Of a stretch of DNA of 64,000 nt, positions 1 through 13,145 are shown piece by piece. The stretch spans positions 5,952,001 to 6,016,000 of the forward strand of contig OZ024750.1 in the NCBI GenBank assembly GCA_964016885.1. Direction: 5' to 3'. The notes beneath the pieces were generated by a model. That model did no database searches. It was not told the DNA's origin and saw only the letters and a program-made list of their open reading frames with translations. The DNA comes from Eledone cirrhosa. Taxonomy: Eukaryota. The position numbers were made by a program, and so were the translations under genes. Within the stretch, counting starts at the first letter, position 1; each line of letters begins with the position of its first letter.

Positions 1-104
1 ATAATTAAGCTTATATTTGGTATTTAACGGAGAGAAACCTGTAGAAGTCTCCATATTATGATTCAAACCGAGGGTATGATATATGTCACATAACCAAGAT
101 TCCA

Positions 105-165
105 GGCAGTGGGATCGAACCCTAGACCTAATGATTGCAAAACGAATTCCTTAACCATTCGACCA
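105..165 (-). mobile_element. tRNA-derived SINE head (family 2), decayed
   Basis: Minus strand reads TGGTCGAATGG (A box) ... GGTTCGATCCC (B box) with tRNA-like spacing. No complete cloverleaf. Confidence 0.6.
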
Positions 166-1295
166 TACTAATTCCTTAGAATTAGTATATAAAGAATCTG
201 TATATAAAGATAAGGTGCTTATATCAGTCTATACACATGATGCTGGTTAAATATTTATACATACATTGCGTGTGTAGAAAATCTGTTGCTTGCAAGAATT
301 TAAACTCAGCTATGAGATTCTTTGAGTACTGCTGCAGTTTGTGTGCTCAGCTATTAGCTCCTTAATTTTATGTACTGGCTGTGTTGTTGATCAAGCAACT
401 GGAATACTCATCGTCGAAATCGACAGCCGTCCAGTATCAAGAATATACATTATCTTCGTAGAGAGAAAAAGGGTAACCAGTTGGATTAGTTTCAATTCTA
501 TTTGGAGATTTCTTCAGTGGCTGAATACCACTCTTTAACTGTCCACGGAGACTATTTATTAATCTACTATTATAGATAGATTTGAAATTTGTCTGGTTGA
601 TCCCGACATTCCTGTCTACGAAATTATGATATATGATATATATTTATATATAAACAGCATGTTTCCATTTGTTTATTTGATTAAGTGTCGGCTAGAAATC
701 TATAGTTATCTTCTGTAGTAGAGTATAGCATTGAAACCAAATGTTGTTATCACACCAGTAATTTATTAATAGAAATAATATAGTAAACAACAACAACAAA
801 AACAACAACAGCAACAACACAATTACTACAGGAATAGCAACAACAGCAGAAGAATGAAATATAATGAAATATAATGAAATATAATTAAATAAAAGCAACA
901 TGTACAGAACAAGTGAAATATAGAAAGCAATGGAAGTATATTATTTAAAACAAATGCGTCATGACTATAGAACAAATATATAGATTGTTATTTTTTAAAT
1001 CATCCAACAGATCACAATAAGCATTACACTCAATCATAACAATAGCAATAATTTAATATAAAACAATCAGCAAAAAACCCCCCAAAAAACATAAAATATA
1101 AAACTCTATACACCAACAACAAGACACAAGATTGCAAACTGCTGAATAAACTTTAGATGACTAATGTAATTTACAAATCCAGATGTGATCTTAAAAGAAG
1201 TAAACACGATTATAGCAGTTTCATAGGTCATTTAAGTACAACGTTATCTAGAATAAATATACCACAGCAACACTTATTAGTATAGAAGAAAGCTA

Positions 1296-1472
1296 CCGTA
1301 TTTCCCGGAGTCGAAGACGCTACCTTTTTCCTAAAATAAGTCTTTAATAAAAAAAAAATCTACCATGCATCCTGGAGGCCGAAAGTTGTTTATTATTTTT
1401 TTTCAAATTTTTGGTTGTCAAAATTAGGGTGCGACCTCGAGGACGAAGCGTCTTCGGCGCCTGAAACTACGG
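1296..1472. mobile_element. Tc1/mariner-superfamily (pogo/Tc2-like) MITE
   Basis: 25-bp imperfect TIRs, CCGTATTTCCCGGAGTCGAAGACGC and GCGTCTTCGGCGCCTGAAACTACGG (5 mismatches). Flanked by TA on both sides (1294-1295, 1473-1474). Confidence 0.85.
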
Positions 1473-2697
1473 TATTTAGAAATATCAGTTGTTACTAAAC
1501 TTTACTACTTTATATGGAAGCTCCTATCACTACCAAATATTACAAGATTGATTAGTTATGAACCGTGTATTAATAACAATATATCATATCTTTTAAAACT
1601 CTTGATGGAGTCACAAAGTAGCTATCATTACATAAAACATGCCTTGGGTATTTAAATCTAGAGGTGCCCATCCCTCTCCAGGTCTGAACACAGACGATTT
1701 TCTTTTGTAGGAGAGAAAGAGAAGTGGAAAAGAGTTTAGAGGAATAATCGACCCCGCTATTGAAATTGTACTTTATTTATCGACATTGAAAGGATGATCT
1801 CGGTGAGATTGGAACATAGAATCCAAAGAGTCAGAAGAAATATAACAAAGTCTTCTATCAGACGTTCTAACTCCCCTGCCGCCTCCAGAATATAAGACGC
1901 ACTTCAACAAACTGACAGTGCATCGCAGTGGTAAACTAATCAACATATATGGTTGTTGAAAAAATAAAGGAAAGGAACCAGTCTTTAGATTGGAGTGAGG
2001 GCATTATGATTTCATTAGACTTTTCACTGCTGATACTGTCTTGTTGCAAAGAGAAAGAAGCTTGACCTGGAAGGCCAGAAAGTTTTAAATCCTGTGATAA
2101 CGAACGAAATACATATCCAGTGCTATTTTCATTATTCTCTACTACAAAGACAAGAAGGCAATTAAAATCGCTCTACTAATTGTTTCATCTTGAATACGAG
2201 ACTTGTTGCTACAAAGAAAACATAAAGCAGTTATAATGGAACGTGGGAAAGACTCACTAAGATTTTACAAAGCAGCGTCATTGTGATTTCAAATAATACA
2301 TGTGTAAACATATATAGACAAATATAGATGTATTCTTGTTATGTAAAAGCTAAAAAAGCTATTCACATAGACAATATCAGAGTAAAATTGATTGCATTCA
2401 TATTATTAAATAATTATAGAAGAACAAATGAATTTATTTAATAGCATTGTAAAAATTAATGTTTAACAATCTTGTAGAAATCGTTTGATTACGTTAAAAT
2501 ATGTAAACGGCATAATGAAAGATTAAAAGACTGGATTTGATGACTACTATTTAAATAAAGTCTGTTTGAATAACATTGATTTGGAAGTATGACGTTTTGT
2601 TGAATGCCTGTAATTTAATGAATATAAATCTAAATAAAAAATTGAAGATATTTGCTTAACAAAAGCACACACAAACTCGAGAGCACGCACACGTATA

Positions 2698-2699
<2 letters not shown>

Positions 2700-2746
<47 letters not shown>

Positions 2747-2752
2747 GTGTGT

Positions 2753-2794
<42 letters not shown>

Positions 2795-2799
2795 CGCGC
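2700..2799. repeat. (TG)n microsatellite ending in (CG)n
   Basis: Seen directly. Confidence 0.95.
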
Positions 2800-3060
2800 A
2801 TCTAGGGCGGGTAAAATTCCCGAGATCCATGGACAAGTTCTCTCCAACGGTCTCTGTCTGCGTCTCCAAGAGACCAGTGTCTGTCCTTAAGGCATCAACA
2901 TATGTCAACCTCGGCCTCCCTCTTCCAGTGTGTCCATGTAGGGGCTCCCACAGGAGCACTGAGTGCAGTGTCAACTCTGGATGTCGGTGAGCATGTCCAG
3001 CTAACCCCAGTCTCCTCTGTGCTACTCTCGAGCTGACTTTTGGGAGGCTCCCGTACAGCT
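2800..3060 (-). mobile_element. RTE-clade LINE, 3' fragment (ORF C-terminus)
   Basis: Minus strand translates [65 protein letters not shown], matching the RTE C-terminal RRLxxAGH...GRPxxTYxD motif. A short frameshifting deletion is visible relative to the copy at 20908-21025. Confidence 0.85.
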
Positions 3061-3096
3061 GTCAGTTCTTCATCCTCAGTGTATACTGATTAATGT

Positions 3097-3157
<61 letters not shown>

Positions 3158-4555
3158 ATGTGTGTGTGTGTGATCTGAGTGCGTGTTTGTTATAATGTAA
3201 TATGTCTATTTGGCAGATCATCTTCTCTGCCCTCACCCTCTCCTTCCTCTTTAGTTTTATATAGATACTGTCAACTAATTACACGTGGAAATATCTTCAT
3301 AGATTCAATAACACTATAAAATAATGCCGACAATGTCCAATGTGGCAGAACAAACCAAAAAGAAATAATATTTTCTTATTAAAATCTTACTATAAAAAAA
3401 ATATGGTGCGTAAGATATTCCTTCAACCTTGACTTATCTAATTAATGATCGCTAAATTTCATTTCAGCATGTAATAATTCTTCCCAGAAGTTTGATATGT
3501 ACATAAATAAGACTGGTGTCTAGAAATAGGTATCAGCATACGCCAAGACATCTTCATTCTGAAGATGATACTATGAAAGTCTAGAAACCTTGGTAATATA
3601 TTCGGGAATTTTACATTTCAAACAAATTGCAATGCAATCCTACGTCTAAAGACAGAATTAAAATTAAAACAAAAACAAATTTTATAAGAAATATAAAACT
3701 ATAACAGAGCCATGTTTTTAATACAACGTGTCTAAAAGAAAGTCTCTTCGTCTTATATACAGATATAGAATTGCATGAGAAAACAGCCAACTAAAACAAA
3801 ACAGCAACAAAACAAAAAAAAAAGGAAAATATACGACTGAATTCCGGAGGAAACTGATCGAACGACAAATACACATAACAACTGCGGATATAGAAAACGT
3901 ACAAGCGGAAATTCTAGAGTTAGAGAGAGAGAGAGAGAGAGAGGACGAAAGAGAGAACGAAAGAGAGAACGAGAGAGAGAACGAAAGAGCGCGGAGAGAG
4001 GTATCGATAAATCAGTAAGTACGAAGCATCTAGTCAACATATATTCAATATGCAAACATCTTTCTAGCGACAAATCTGTCGCAGTAATATAAAGAAACTC
4101 AGCAAACTTTAAAAAGGAAAAAAAAAAAAACGTTGCTGTATCTACACAGGAAAATATAATCCTCAACATCTCAAAAGTATATTCTCTTCTTACATCATAT
4201 AACGATACTTCTACTGGATACTAAACTCCAATTACAACTCCATTATCATAAAAGATCTCAAATAACCGAACGACAAGATTTAAGAAGATTTAAGAAAGGT
4301 GCAGAAAAAAATAAATACCAGTCAATTAAAAGTTGAATTGGATAAATCAAGTAACAAAGATAAACTTTAAAATAGAGGCCCCTTCATTTCCCTAATGCAA
4401 ACAATATTACTCCAGCATATATCTTCCCTAATGCAAACGATATTAATCGAGCATATATCGAGCATATACCCAAAACACAAAGCAGGCCTCGGATCCAGCA
4501 TTTCTAGATTAAATGCACTAATACGTAAGATCGCTAAACAATTAGATAACATTAT

Positions 4556-4746
4556 GGTGGATTGGCAGTATCGGTAGAGGGTCGGACGCCAAGCTTTGCA
4601 CCAAAGAGTTGCGGCTCTTTACGTTCTGAATTCAAATCCTACGAGGTTAACTTTGCATTTCATCCTTATGGAGATGATAAAATAAAGTACCAGTAATGCA
4701 CTGGGACAATTGATGGCCATGTGCCAAAAGTAGCAATTATTATTAT
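4556..4746 (+). mobile_element. tRNA-derived SINE family 1 (Deu/Nin-like central domain), full length
   Basis: A box TGGCAGTATCGG, B box-like TTCAAATCC, central CTTTGC-TTTCATCCTT...GATAAAATAAAGTACCAG, and an (ATT)n tail. About 20 related copies occur in the window. Confidence 0.9.
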
Positions 4747-4751
4747 ATAGA

Positions 4752-4940
4752 GCAGTGGATTGGCAGTATCGGTAGAGGGCCGGACGCCATGCTTTGTAGC
4801 ACAGTTACATCCCTTTACGGACTGAGTTCAAATCCCGCCGAGATTAACTTTGCCTTTCATCCTTACGGGGTCGATAAAATAAAGTACCAGTAATACACTA
4901 GGATAATTGCTGGCCATGTGCCAAAAGTAGAAATTCTTAT
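4752..4940 (+). mobile_element. SINE family 1, full length, in tandem with the previous copy
   Basis: Same A box, B box GAGTTCAAATCC, central domain and 3' GGCCATGTGCCAAAAGTAGAAA. Confidence 0.9.
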
Positions 4941-5075
4941 ATAGGGTAGCATATGTTTTTTAAAAGCCATAAAATATTAAACTGAGATTCCATGAATGTA
5001 GTTATTACCATTACGGAGAATTGAACTCCTAAACAATATCTCTTTATGGTGGCGTTAGATTATAAACGTCTTGCC

Positions 5076-5173
5076 AATCCCGCTGAGGTTAACTTTGCCT
5101 TTCTTCCTTACGGGGTCGATAAAATAAAGTACCAGTAATCCACTGGGGTCGATGTAATCGACTCTCCCACCTC
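5076..5173 (+). mobile_element. SINE family 1, 5'-truncated, long-3' variant
   Basis: Central domain followed by CACTGGGGTCGATGTAATCGAC. Confidence 0.8.
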
Positions 5174-5328
5174 TCAAAAATCAAATCAAAACAAACAAAC
5201 GGTTAGTAGGCAATGTAGGAGAGATACAGTACATGCTTATGTTATGATTGCCTGGGAGTTCTTAGGAGAAAGTAACGAAGGTAAAAACTTCATTTACATT
5301 TCTTGTAAGACAATAGAAACCAATTTAA

Positions 5329-5548
5329 CCCTTTAGCATTTACATTACTCTATATTTACTATTATATTTTCATGGTAAAGGCTTTATCTCACACAATTAT
5401 GTCACATAATATTGAAGCTATGAAATTTTGATATTTATTTTGAGAACAATACCTTAACATGAGTGTATGGGAAACCAGTTACAGCTGGTTTGAGCAGAAA
5501 GAGGTGAGGGAATTCTGGCCGGGTATGACCGGTTTAAATGTTAAAGAG
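5329..5548. mobile_element. piggyBac-type MITE
   Basis: TTAA-CCCTTTAGCATTTA ... TAAATGTTAAAGAG-TTAA. A second copy lies at 40133-40354. Confidence 0.9.
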
Positions 5549-5679
5549 TTAAGTATCATTGATAAACACCCAAGAATAAAACCACACAAAACTCCAGGTC
5601 ACACAACGAAGAAATTATAAGTGTCTTATATAACAGAAGTATTATTCATTTGATGCCAACAATGAACATTATACAGGCA

Positions 5680-5950
5680 AAACGGTGAAGAACCAATTAT
5701 GTAGACCAGTTCTACTTTGGGGGTAAATGTATTCGATGTTCAGGGTAGGGATTGGCTTCATGAAAAGACTTTCCTTATTTAAAAAAGCGTCGCGCACAAG
5801 CATCGCTTGATCTGTGACATGTTTTGCGATGCATGGTATTGTTGACCATAGGCAAGTCCCTAGAAGGACTAACAAGCCACGTCTGTGCTGCTGATGCTTA
5901 AGTATGAAGCGATGGCATTACTCGAAACTGAGTTGCAGCCATCATCATCT
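5680..5950 (+). mobile_element. Bipartite non-autonomous RTE derivative, copy 1
   Basis: Aligns by eye with 9620-9760 and with 31730-31860 on the minus strand. Ends in the hairpin ACTCGAAACTGAGT, then TGCAGCC and (ATC)n. Confidence 0.65.
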
Positions 5951-6072
5951 TGAATGCATGCATGCATATATATATATATATATATAATATATATATATGG
6001 GAGTTTATAGATACACATGAAAACGTAAATACACACGCATATACACGTAAAGATGCACACACAATCTCTCTC

Positions 6073-6104
<32 letters not shown>

Positions 6105-7921
6105 TCAAACATGTATATATATATGTATATATCGTGTGTGTGTGTGTATGTATCGTGTGTATGTGTGTATGTATCGTGTGTGTGTGTGTGCATACGTGTT
6201 CCATTTTCCATATGGTGTATATGTATTGTTTTAATTGAAGAGTGTGACGATTCTTCCTATCAAAAATCTCCAACAGCAAGACATGAGCCTTTACATCGCC
6301 TATACACGCCATCACCCCATCCTCCCAGCACCACCAATACGGGTGTTAATAACATCTTCATCATCAGCAGCAATAACATCAACAGGAACCCCAGGATAAA
6401 GTGGCATGTCATGTTTTAGGAACTTATCAGATATGCTCTGTGAGTTGTTTCTCTGTAAGATATCAAACATAAGAGTTGATTAAGTTTGCATGTATGTTTA
6501 TACAGACAGCGCCACAAGCACCATATTTGGCGTCCAGTGGAAAAAAAAGACTAAAATAAAGACTAAAAACAAATAAGAGATAAGAAAAAAAAGAATCCCC
6601 TCAGAAAACGGAAAACAAACAAAAAAAAAACCTCAGAAAACGCAAAACAACAACAACAACCACCACATCGGTTTGACAAAAGCAGTGATACGGTCTAGTT
6701 AAATAGTAAAAGACAGAATGGTATTGGAATGAGAAGAGAAAGAAGATTAAAACAAAAAAGAGAGAGAGAGAGAAAATGGGTGATCGAGAGAGACAAGGAA
6801 AAAATGACAGAGACATGTTGCAACAGAATGAAATATAATAGTAGACGAAAAGTATTTTGGAAAGAACGACAGACAGTAAAAGAAAAACAGAACGAGGGAC
6901 ACACGCAAACATATACATACATATATATATACATACATGCACACAGAGAAACTCAGAGGCATATGTATATATATATATATACATACATACATACATACAG
7001 AGAAACGCAGAGGCATATATGTGTATATATATATATAATATATATATATATATATGGAAGAAGGGAAAAAGAAGCTAGGAGACAGGGAAAGGGAAAGGAG
7101 AGTAGACAAATTCCATGAGAGGAGAGAAAAACAACGGAATTAGTGAAAATATAAGAAAACGGAGGACGGTAACAAATAAGGAAAATTCATCCAGAAAAAA
7201 AACAAACCCAAAAGCCGACACAAATAGACAAATATAAAGTACATATTTCTTCTGATTTGGATGAAAATGTTTTCTTTTTCCTTTGGCAATGTCTCTGTTG
7301 CATCTATTTCTTCATTCCGTGATGTAAAGAAAGAGAAAAATTTCTACCACATAATCCTTATTTTTTTTCTTTCCAAAAACGTAACTGTTTCTAAATCTCA
7401 ATTTCTAAGACTTTCTTATATATAGTCTTAAGAAAAGTACACTGTTCGAGGCTCGCTGTTACTTTCTTCTATTAGACATGAAGCCTAAGAATTTGAGCGG
7501 AAAAAGAAACAGGAGTTGTGATGTGCATCCATTTCGAGAGAGCATTGTCGTTGTACATAAACCAAATTAGTTACAACCGGAAATAGAAAAATGGAGAACA
7601 GATTCTACACACCAAAGCCTCTACAGCACTATCCAATCATTTACAATCTGATTAAATTAAAGCCATATTCCTTACAGCGAGGATATGTGCAAATAAAACT
7701 ATTTATGTATATGTATCTTGACAACATCATTAATATGTAGCATATGCTTACATACGTGTGTGTATTGTCTCTTCTCTCAACGAACACACGTATGTATGTA
7801 TATAAACATGCATATCTCTTTCTCTCTCTTTATATATATATACATACATATACATGCCTCTCTTTCTCTCTAATATATATACAAGAGCGAGAGAGTCAGA
7901 GAGCGATGAATGCGTGCGTGC

Positions 7922-7972
<51 letters not shown>

Positions 7973-8149
7973 TAGAGAGAGAGAACATAGAGAGAAAGCG
8001 TGAGAGAAATTTATGTATGCATGTTCATATATATATATATATATATATATACATACATATATATATATATGTATATATACACATGTGTGTGCGCACGTGT
8101 GTGTGAAGCTCATCTATTCTTGAGCATACATAAAGAAATTTCGTATGTC

Positions 8150-8210
<61 letters not shown>

Positions 8211-8569
8211 AATCTATGTATATCAGATTATATTTTGTCTTTGCGATAGGAAGCCATTGGCGTAGTTGAGAATATCACATGTGTACGCAAGTTTTCAACC
8301 TTAGACAATAACAGGCAGGAGCTACCCAGGAGCTACCCAGGAGGTATTCCACAACTATGATGATAAACTTGACTGTTTATATATATACTAATATATATTC
8401 CATACAAAGCAATTCAGTCAAACGCATGAACATGGCTGCTAGTATTTATATGTTTAGATTTTTTAAGCAAATACTTACATACATTCTTAAGTACATATAT
8501 TATTCATATCTTAAGTTTTTGTATAGATATATATGTAGATATATATATGTACATGCATCACCTATAAAT

Positions 8570-9184
8570 ATATATATATATATATTTAATATACATATAA
8601 TATATATATATATACATAATATATATATATATATATACATAATATATATATATATATACATATAATATATATATATATATACATATAATATATATATATA
8701 TACATATAATATATATATATATACATATAATATATATATATATACATATAATATATATATATATACATATAATATATATATATATACATATAATATATAT
8801 ATATATATACATATAATATATATATATATATACATATAATATATATATATATATATACATATAATATATATATATATATATACACACATATAATATATAT
8901 ATATATACACATATAATATATATATATATACACATATAATATATATATATACACATATAATATATATATATACACATATAATATATATATATACACACAT
9001 ATAATATATATATATACATATAATATATATATATACATATAATATATATATATACATATAATATATATATATACATATAATATATATGTACATATAATAT
9101 ACATATAATATATATACATATATATACATATAATATACATATAATATACATATAATATACATATAATATACATATAAATATAAT

Positions 9185-9218
<34 letters not shown>

Positions 9219-9283
9219 AATAATATATATATATACATACATACATATAATATATATATACATATATACATACATATATATAA
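8570..9283. repeat. Compound satellite, about 20-bp unit CATATAA(TA)n
   Basis: Seen directly. Confidence 0.95.
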
Positions 9284-9479
9284 TGGGTAAATATACCATT
9301 AAGGTACTAATGCCGATCGGAAATGTGGCTGGAATGCCGTAAGGAAAGAAAGATGATAAAGGTGGAGTTTAGTGTTTCTTGAGAAGCAACATAAATGCTG
9401 CATTCATCAGAAAAATGAAAAGGTGAGTCACACTACTAAAAAAAAACTGGAGACAATTTTGAAATTGAGTGTCATTTAG

Positions 9480-9958
9480 AAAGCCAAGCGGGCCACAGTT
9501 TGCTTCACAGCCTGTTTAGACATCGACTCCTGTCTACAGAGACGGAGTAGACGACCTCAGTACACATATGTGTACTGAGGCAGAATTCTAGGAGAAGGAA
9601 AACTCTGATATAACACCTGCAACCCTGATGGTATCCAATGATGTTGACTTGTTCTTCTTTTTGGTAAATATCATCTTGGTTAAGAGAGTGGGACTGGCTT
9701 TATGCAGTGCCTTTGCTCACTATAAAAGCTTCACGGCACAGGCATTGCTTTATATCTGGAGATCTCTCTGCACTTGTCGTCACATGGTACCATGGGCCCA
9801 GCACTATGTGTCAATAATTGTCACAAGTGTAGTGTTTGTACCAGAGTTTTCAAGTCGCTGGCTGGACTAAAAAGTCACACTCGTTCAGCGTATCGGTAGG
9901 GGTTCTCCTACATGGATATAAAGTAGTGGGCGTACTCGAAAACGAGTTGGCAGCCACT
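9480..9958 (+). mobile_element. Bipartite non-autonomous RTE derivative, copy 2, with C-terminal zinc-finger remnant
   Basis: RTE 5' motif CTAGGAGAAGGAAAACTCTGA at about 9588. 9822-9899 translates HKCSVCTRVFKSLAGLKSHTRSAYR*, resembling the RTE C-terminal CxxCxRxFxSxxGLxSH finger. Ends in hairpin ACTCGAAAACGAGT then TGGCAGCC. The 5' boundary is approximate. Confidence 0.75.
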
Positions 9959-9980
9959 ATATATATATATATGTATATAT

Positions 9981-10142
9981 GGGGAAAGTTTGACCCCGAC
10001 GACAGAGCTCAAGCCGTTTCGACGAAACGGTTTGAGCTCTGCCGTCGGCGTCAAACTTTTTCCTATTACCGACTCTACTACCCTAAGTATTGAGTACTCT
10101 GGTGCGTATGGTCCATCTGGTTCCTTACCACACCCCCTTCGT

Positions 10143-10144
<2 letters not shown>
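9981..10144 (+). mobile_element. (TA)n-embedded Penelope-like fragment, family A, fold-back copy
   Basis: Inverted arms of about 40 bp centred on 10022. Contains a hammerhead 3' half, GAAACGG...GCCGTC. Five family copies in the window, all in or next to (TA)n. Confidence 0.75.
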
Positions 10145-10186
<42 letters not shown>

Positions 10187-10280
10187 TTATTAGTTGAAAA
10201 GCAAAGACAACCACTTTTACATGAATATTCGATGTATTGAAGAGGGAAAAGCGATACATTTTTATTGAGCTGAAAACCAT

Positions 10281-10315
<35 letters not shown>

Positions 10316-10322
10316 ATATGTA

Positions 10323-10369
<47 letters not shown>

Positions 10370-10666
10370 ATGTGTGTGTGAGTGTGTGAGTGTGCCTGTG
10401 TGTGTCCGTATGCGTTGGTGTTCGCGCGTGTGTGTTTTGTTTGTTTTATATGCATATCCATTTAAATGTGCAAATGTAATCATTTCATGTGTCAATAGGA
10501 TATACAATGAAAGATATATAAACAATGTAGTCCCAAAATCTCGCACGTAAGACGAAGAAATTGAGAATATATAAATGTTTATCATAAATATTTTTTGAAA
10601 ATGAATATTTATATCATTAACAGCCAGTGGTTATGACCTGAAACATATAATGTGTAGTCATTGATA

Positions 10667-10840
10667 TGGTTTCTGAGTTAGGTACAATACCAACAATTTG
10701 GGTCGAGGGGGAATGTCGATTAAATGTCGACCCCAGTGCGTTACTGGTACTTTATTTTATCGACCCAGTAAGGATGAAAGGCAAAGCTAACCTAACTCAG
10801 AACGTAAAGCATGTTTTCTGACGGTCTAACGATTCTGCCA
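10667..10840 (-). mobile_element. SINE family 1, long-3' variant
   Basis: Reverse complement of the central domain, CTGGTACTTTATTTTATCGACCC...GGATGAAAGGCAAAG. A more decayed copy follows at about 10880-11000. Confidence 0.8.
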
Positions 10841-12840
10841 TATGAAAGTTAGGTGCTTCAAATTGTGTGTGGTCAAATACGATCTAGGCCCCAGGTCAGC
10901 AATTCTGGGGAATAACGACAGTTGATTCTATCGAGCTCAGTGTTTGACTGGTATTCTATTTTATCTAATCCAGAAGGATAAAAAGCAATATTGATTTCAG
11001 TAATCTAGATTTACAGTAACATTACATTGAACTCTGTAACAAATTTTAATTTAGTTTCTAGTAAATATTGATTAATATCAATATTATTTTCAAATATATT
11101 CTTTTAATGTTTAATACTGATGTGAGTGTTTGTGTGGAGTTTCAAAGAAACGTCGTAGATTTATTAACCACAGAATCGAATTGTCCTCAACTCATGCAAG
11201 GGTTTGTTCTCTCTAGATGTAAACACTTACCATATTACACAGAATAACCTTTTTCTGCGGAAGCAACGTGAAAAGCTTTCTATGAATTCTCTCTTAATTC
11301 TACATAAATTGACATATTGCTTAGAGCTTATTCTCTTAAGAATGTCTTATGAATTAAGAAGAAAGGAGAACTTCCTTGCTGCATTTTCTTTGAGTAGGTA
11401 TTTCAAAACTGAACTCAAGGAAGCGTAGCTTTATATTTCCTCGCTTTAAACTTTATTAATTCTATTGCTTTTGAAAGAACCGTTTAATTGTATTCCAATA
11501 TACAGCTACTAATGTCTTCACAGAGCGAAACTTTAAACTTCATTGAGTAATTTTAAAAACTTTTTTTAACACTCTCAGCACTATATCTTGAAAAGGTTTC
11601 AAGTTAGAACACATAAGCGAAGTTTCTATTGTGCGAGGGATATTTTTCACTAAATATCGCTAATTAATTCGACATTTCACATAAATCACCTGCTATCAAG
11701 CAATCATTATACTCAAACAATATCACTCCTAGCAGCTCATCTCAATTACGTCAACTCGGTACAAGGTTTTAACAAAACTATTCTCACACTATTCTTTTTA
11801 ATATAGAATAAAAATGACAATAGCTTTCTATGCTATCATATAACCAAAAAGTTAAATTACACTTTAAAAAAAAAAATACCTTTACAATAGCTAACAACAC
11901 ACATACCGAAACAAATTTAACAGCAAAAAATGGCGAGAAGATTTCAAATGGAACGCCTACATGTTTGAAAGAAGATTATTAAAGGTAACAAATGTTATCC
12001 GTTAAACAAAATCATCTGCTGGTATTAAATTTGGATTAATGATTTCAAACATCTTTCTAATCAACCGATAAGTATCAGTTAATTATATTTCTAGCTACTT
12101 TATCAAAAATAGTTATATTTACTCTCCGAAACATTCGTAAATACATTGGTTAATACCGCATGTTATCTGTTGGTAAATAACAGATAAGTATTTATTACCA
12201 CGAGAGACGTCACGTGGCAATAGACTTAGAAAATGGCTAAAATCACATCTGTAAAGCATATAATTATCAGCAATCACGCAAAACTACTGTGTAAGGTAAA
12301 CAAAAACAGAGTAAATCTCTTTAACTGTATTATTAAGTCAAACAGCTGCAAATACAATAGGAACGCAAACAGCTCGGCCTTTACGTTGCCAGGAAGCAAT
12401 GTTAGTCTTGAAAATGAGAAAATAATCTTCTAAGTAAAAATTGCTTTTGATCAACGTTATATAAGATATCTAATCGATTTTCCCTCGTTTAATTTTCCTT
12501 CGTAGATATAAGATACGAGGGTACTTGACGGTACTCAGTGTAAACCGAAATATATTGCAATAAATATATAATGATTCAACTATATCGCAACATATATACC
12601 TAAACACTGGCACATCATTCTGAGATCAATCCCAGCTCAAAGTTCTTTGGGTAAGTGGCTTATACTATAGCTTAAGTTTTCCCAGTGTCTTATAAGTATA
12701 TTTTTGTAGACCAAACTGTGTTGGAGCTCCTTGATTATATATATAAATATATATATATATATTCAAAGAGCGCCCACACAGTTTGGTCTACAAAAATATA
12801 CTTATAAGACATTGGGAAAACTTAAGCTATAGTATAAGAA

Positions 12841-12900
12841 GAACCCGTTAAGGGTGAACGCAGCGATTCTTTGCTTAAACTTTAATCTGTTATTTTAATA
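12841..12900 (+). mobile_element. (TA)n-associated Penelope-like fragment, family B
   Basis: CCCGTTAAGGGTGAA-GCAGCGATTCTTTGCTTAAACTTTAATCTGTTATTTTAATA recurs wholly or partly at 36201, 49058 and 53282, with the tail at 57123. Confidence 0.7.
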
Positions 12901-12911
12901 TATATATATAT

Positions 12912-13038
<127 letters not shown>

Positions 13039-13109
13039 AACAGAAATAATAAAGCAAACGACTCAATGAAAAATATATTATTTTACCGCTTGAAATAACA
13101 GGAAAATAA

Positions 13110-13145
13110 TCTTAACGTTTCGGACATTACACCTTCTTCAAATGA
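13110..13145 (-). ncRNA. Decayed minimal hammerhead ribozyme (PLE type)
   Basis: Minus strand: uUGAAGA-A-GG-uguaaugu-CC-GAAACGUU. C3 is mutated and stem I is weak. Lies in an island between (GA)n and (TA)n. Confidence 0.45.

Noticed and set aside
470-525. Minus-strand hammerhead-like CUGAAGA...GAAAC...GUU
   Set aside because: Stem I cannot form and stem II needs a bulge. It may be a relic but cannot be supported.
3555-3600. Hammerhead-like CUGAAGA...GAAACCUUGGUA
   Set aside because: Core and stem III fit, but stems I and II pair poorly and there is no second copy or TA flank.
9500-9600. HDV-like ribozyme at the 5' end of the RTE derivative
   Set aside because: Hairpins are present, but I could not assign P1, P1.1, P2 and P3, and the palindrome is not evident in the 31.9 kb copy.
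9822-9899. Exon of a host C2H2 zinc-finger gene
   Set aside because: A single finger with no TGEKP linker, the last His is lost, and it sits between RTE 5' and 3' motifs.
12200-12220. CRE-like and E-box motif GACGTCACGTGG as a promoter
   Set aside because: A short motif with no associated gene start; expected by chance in 64 kb.
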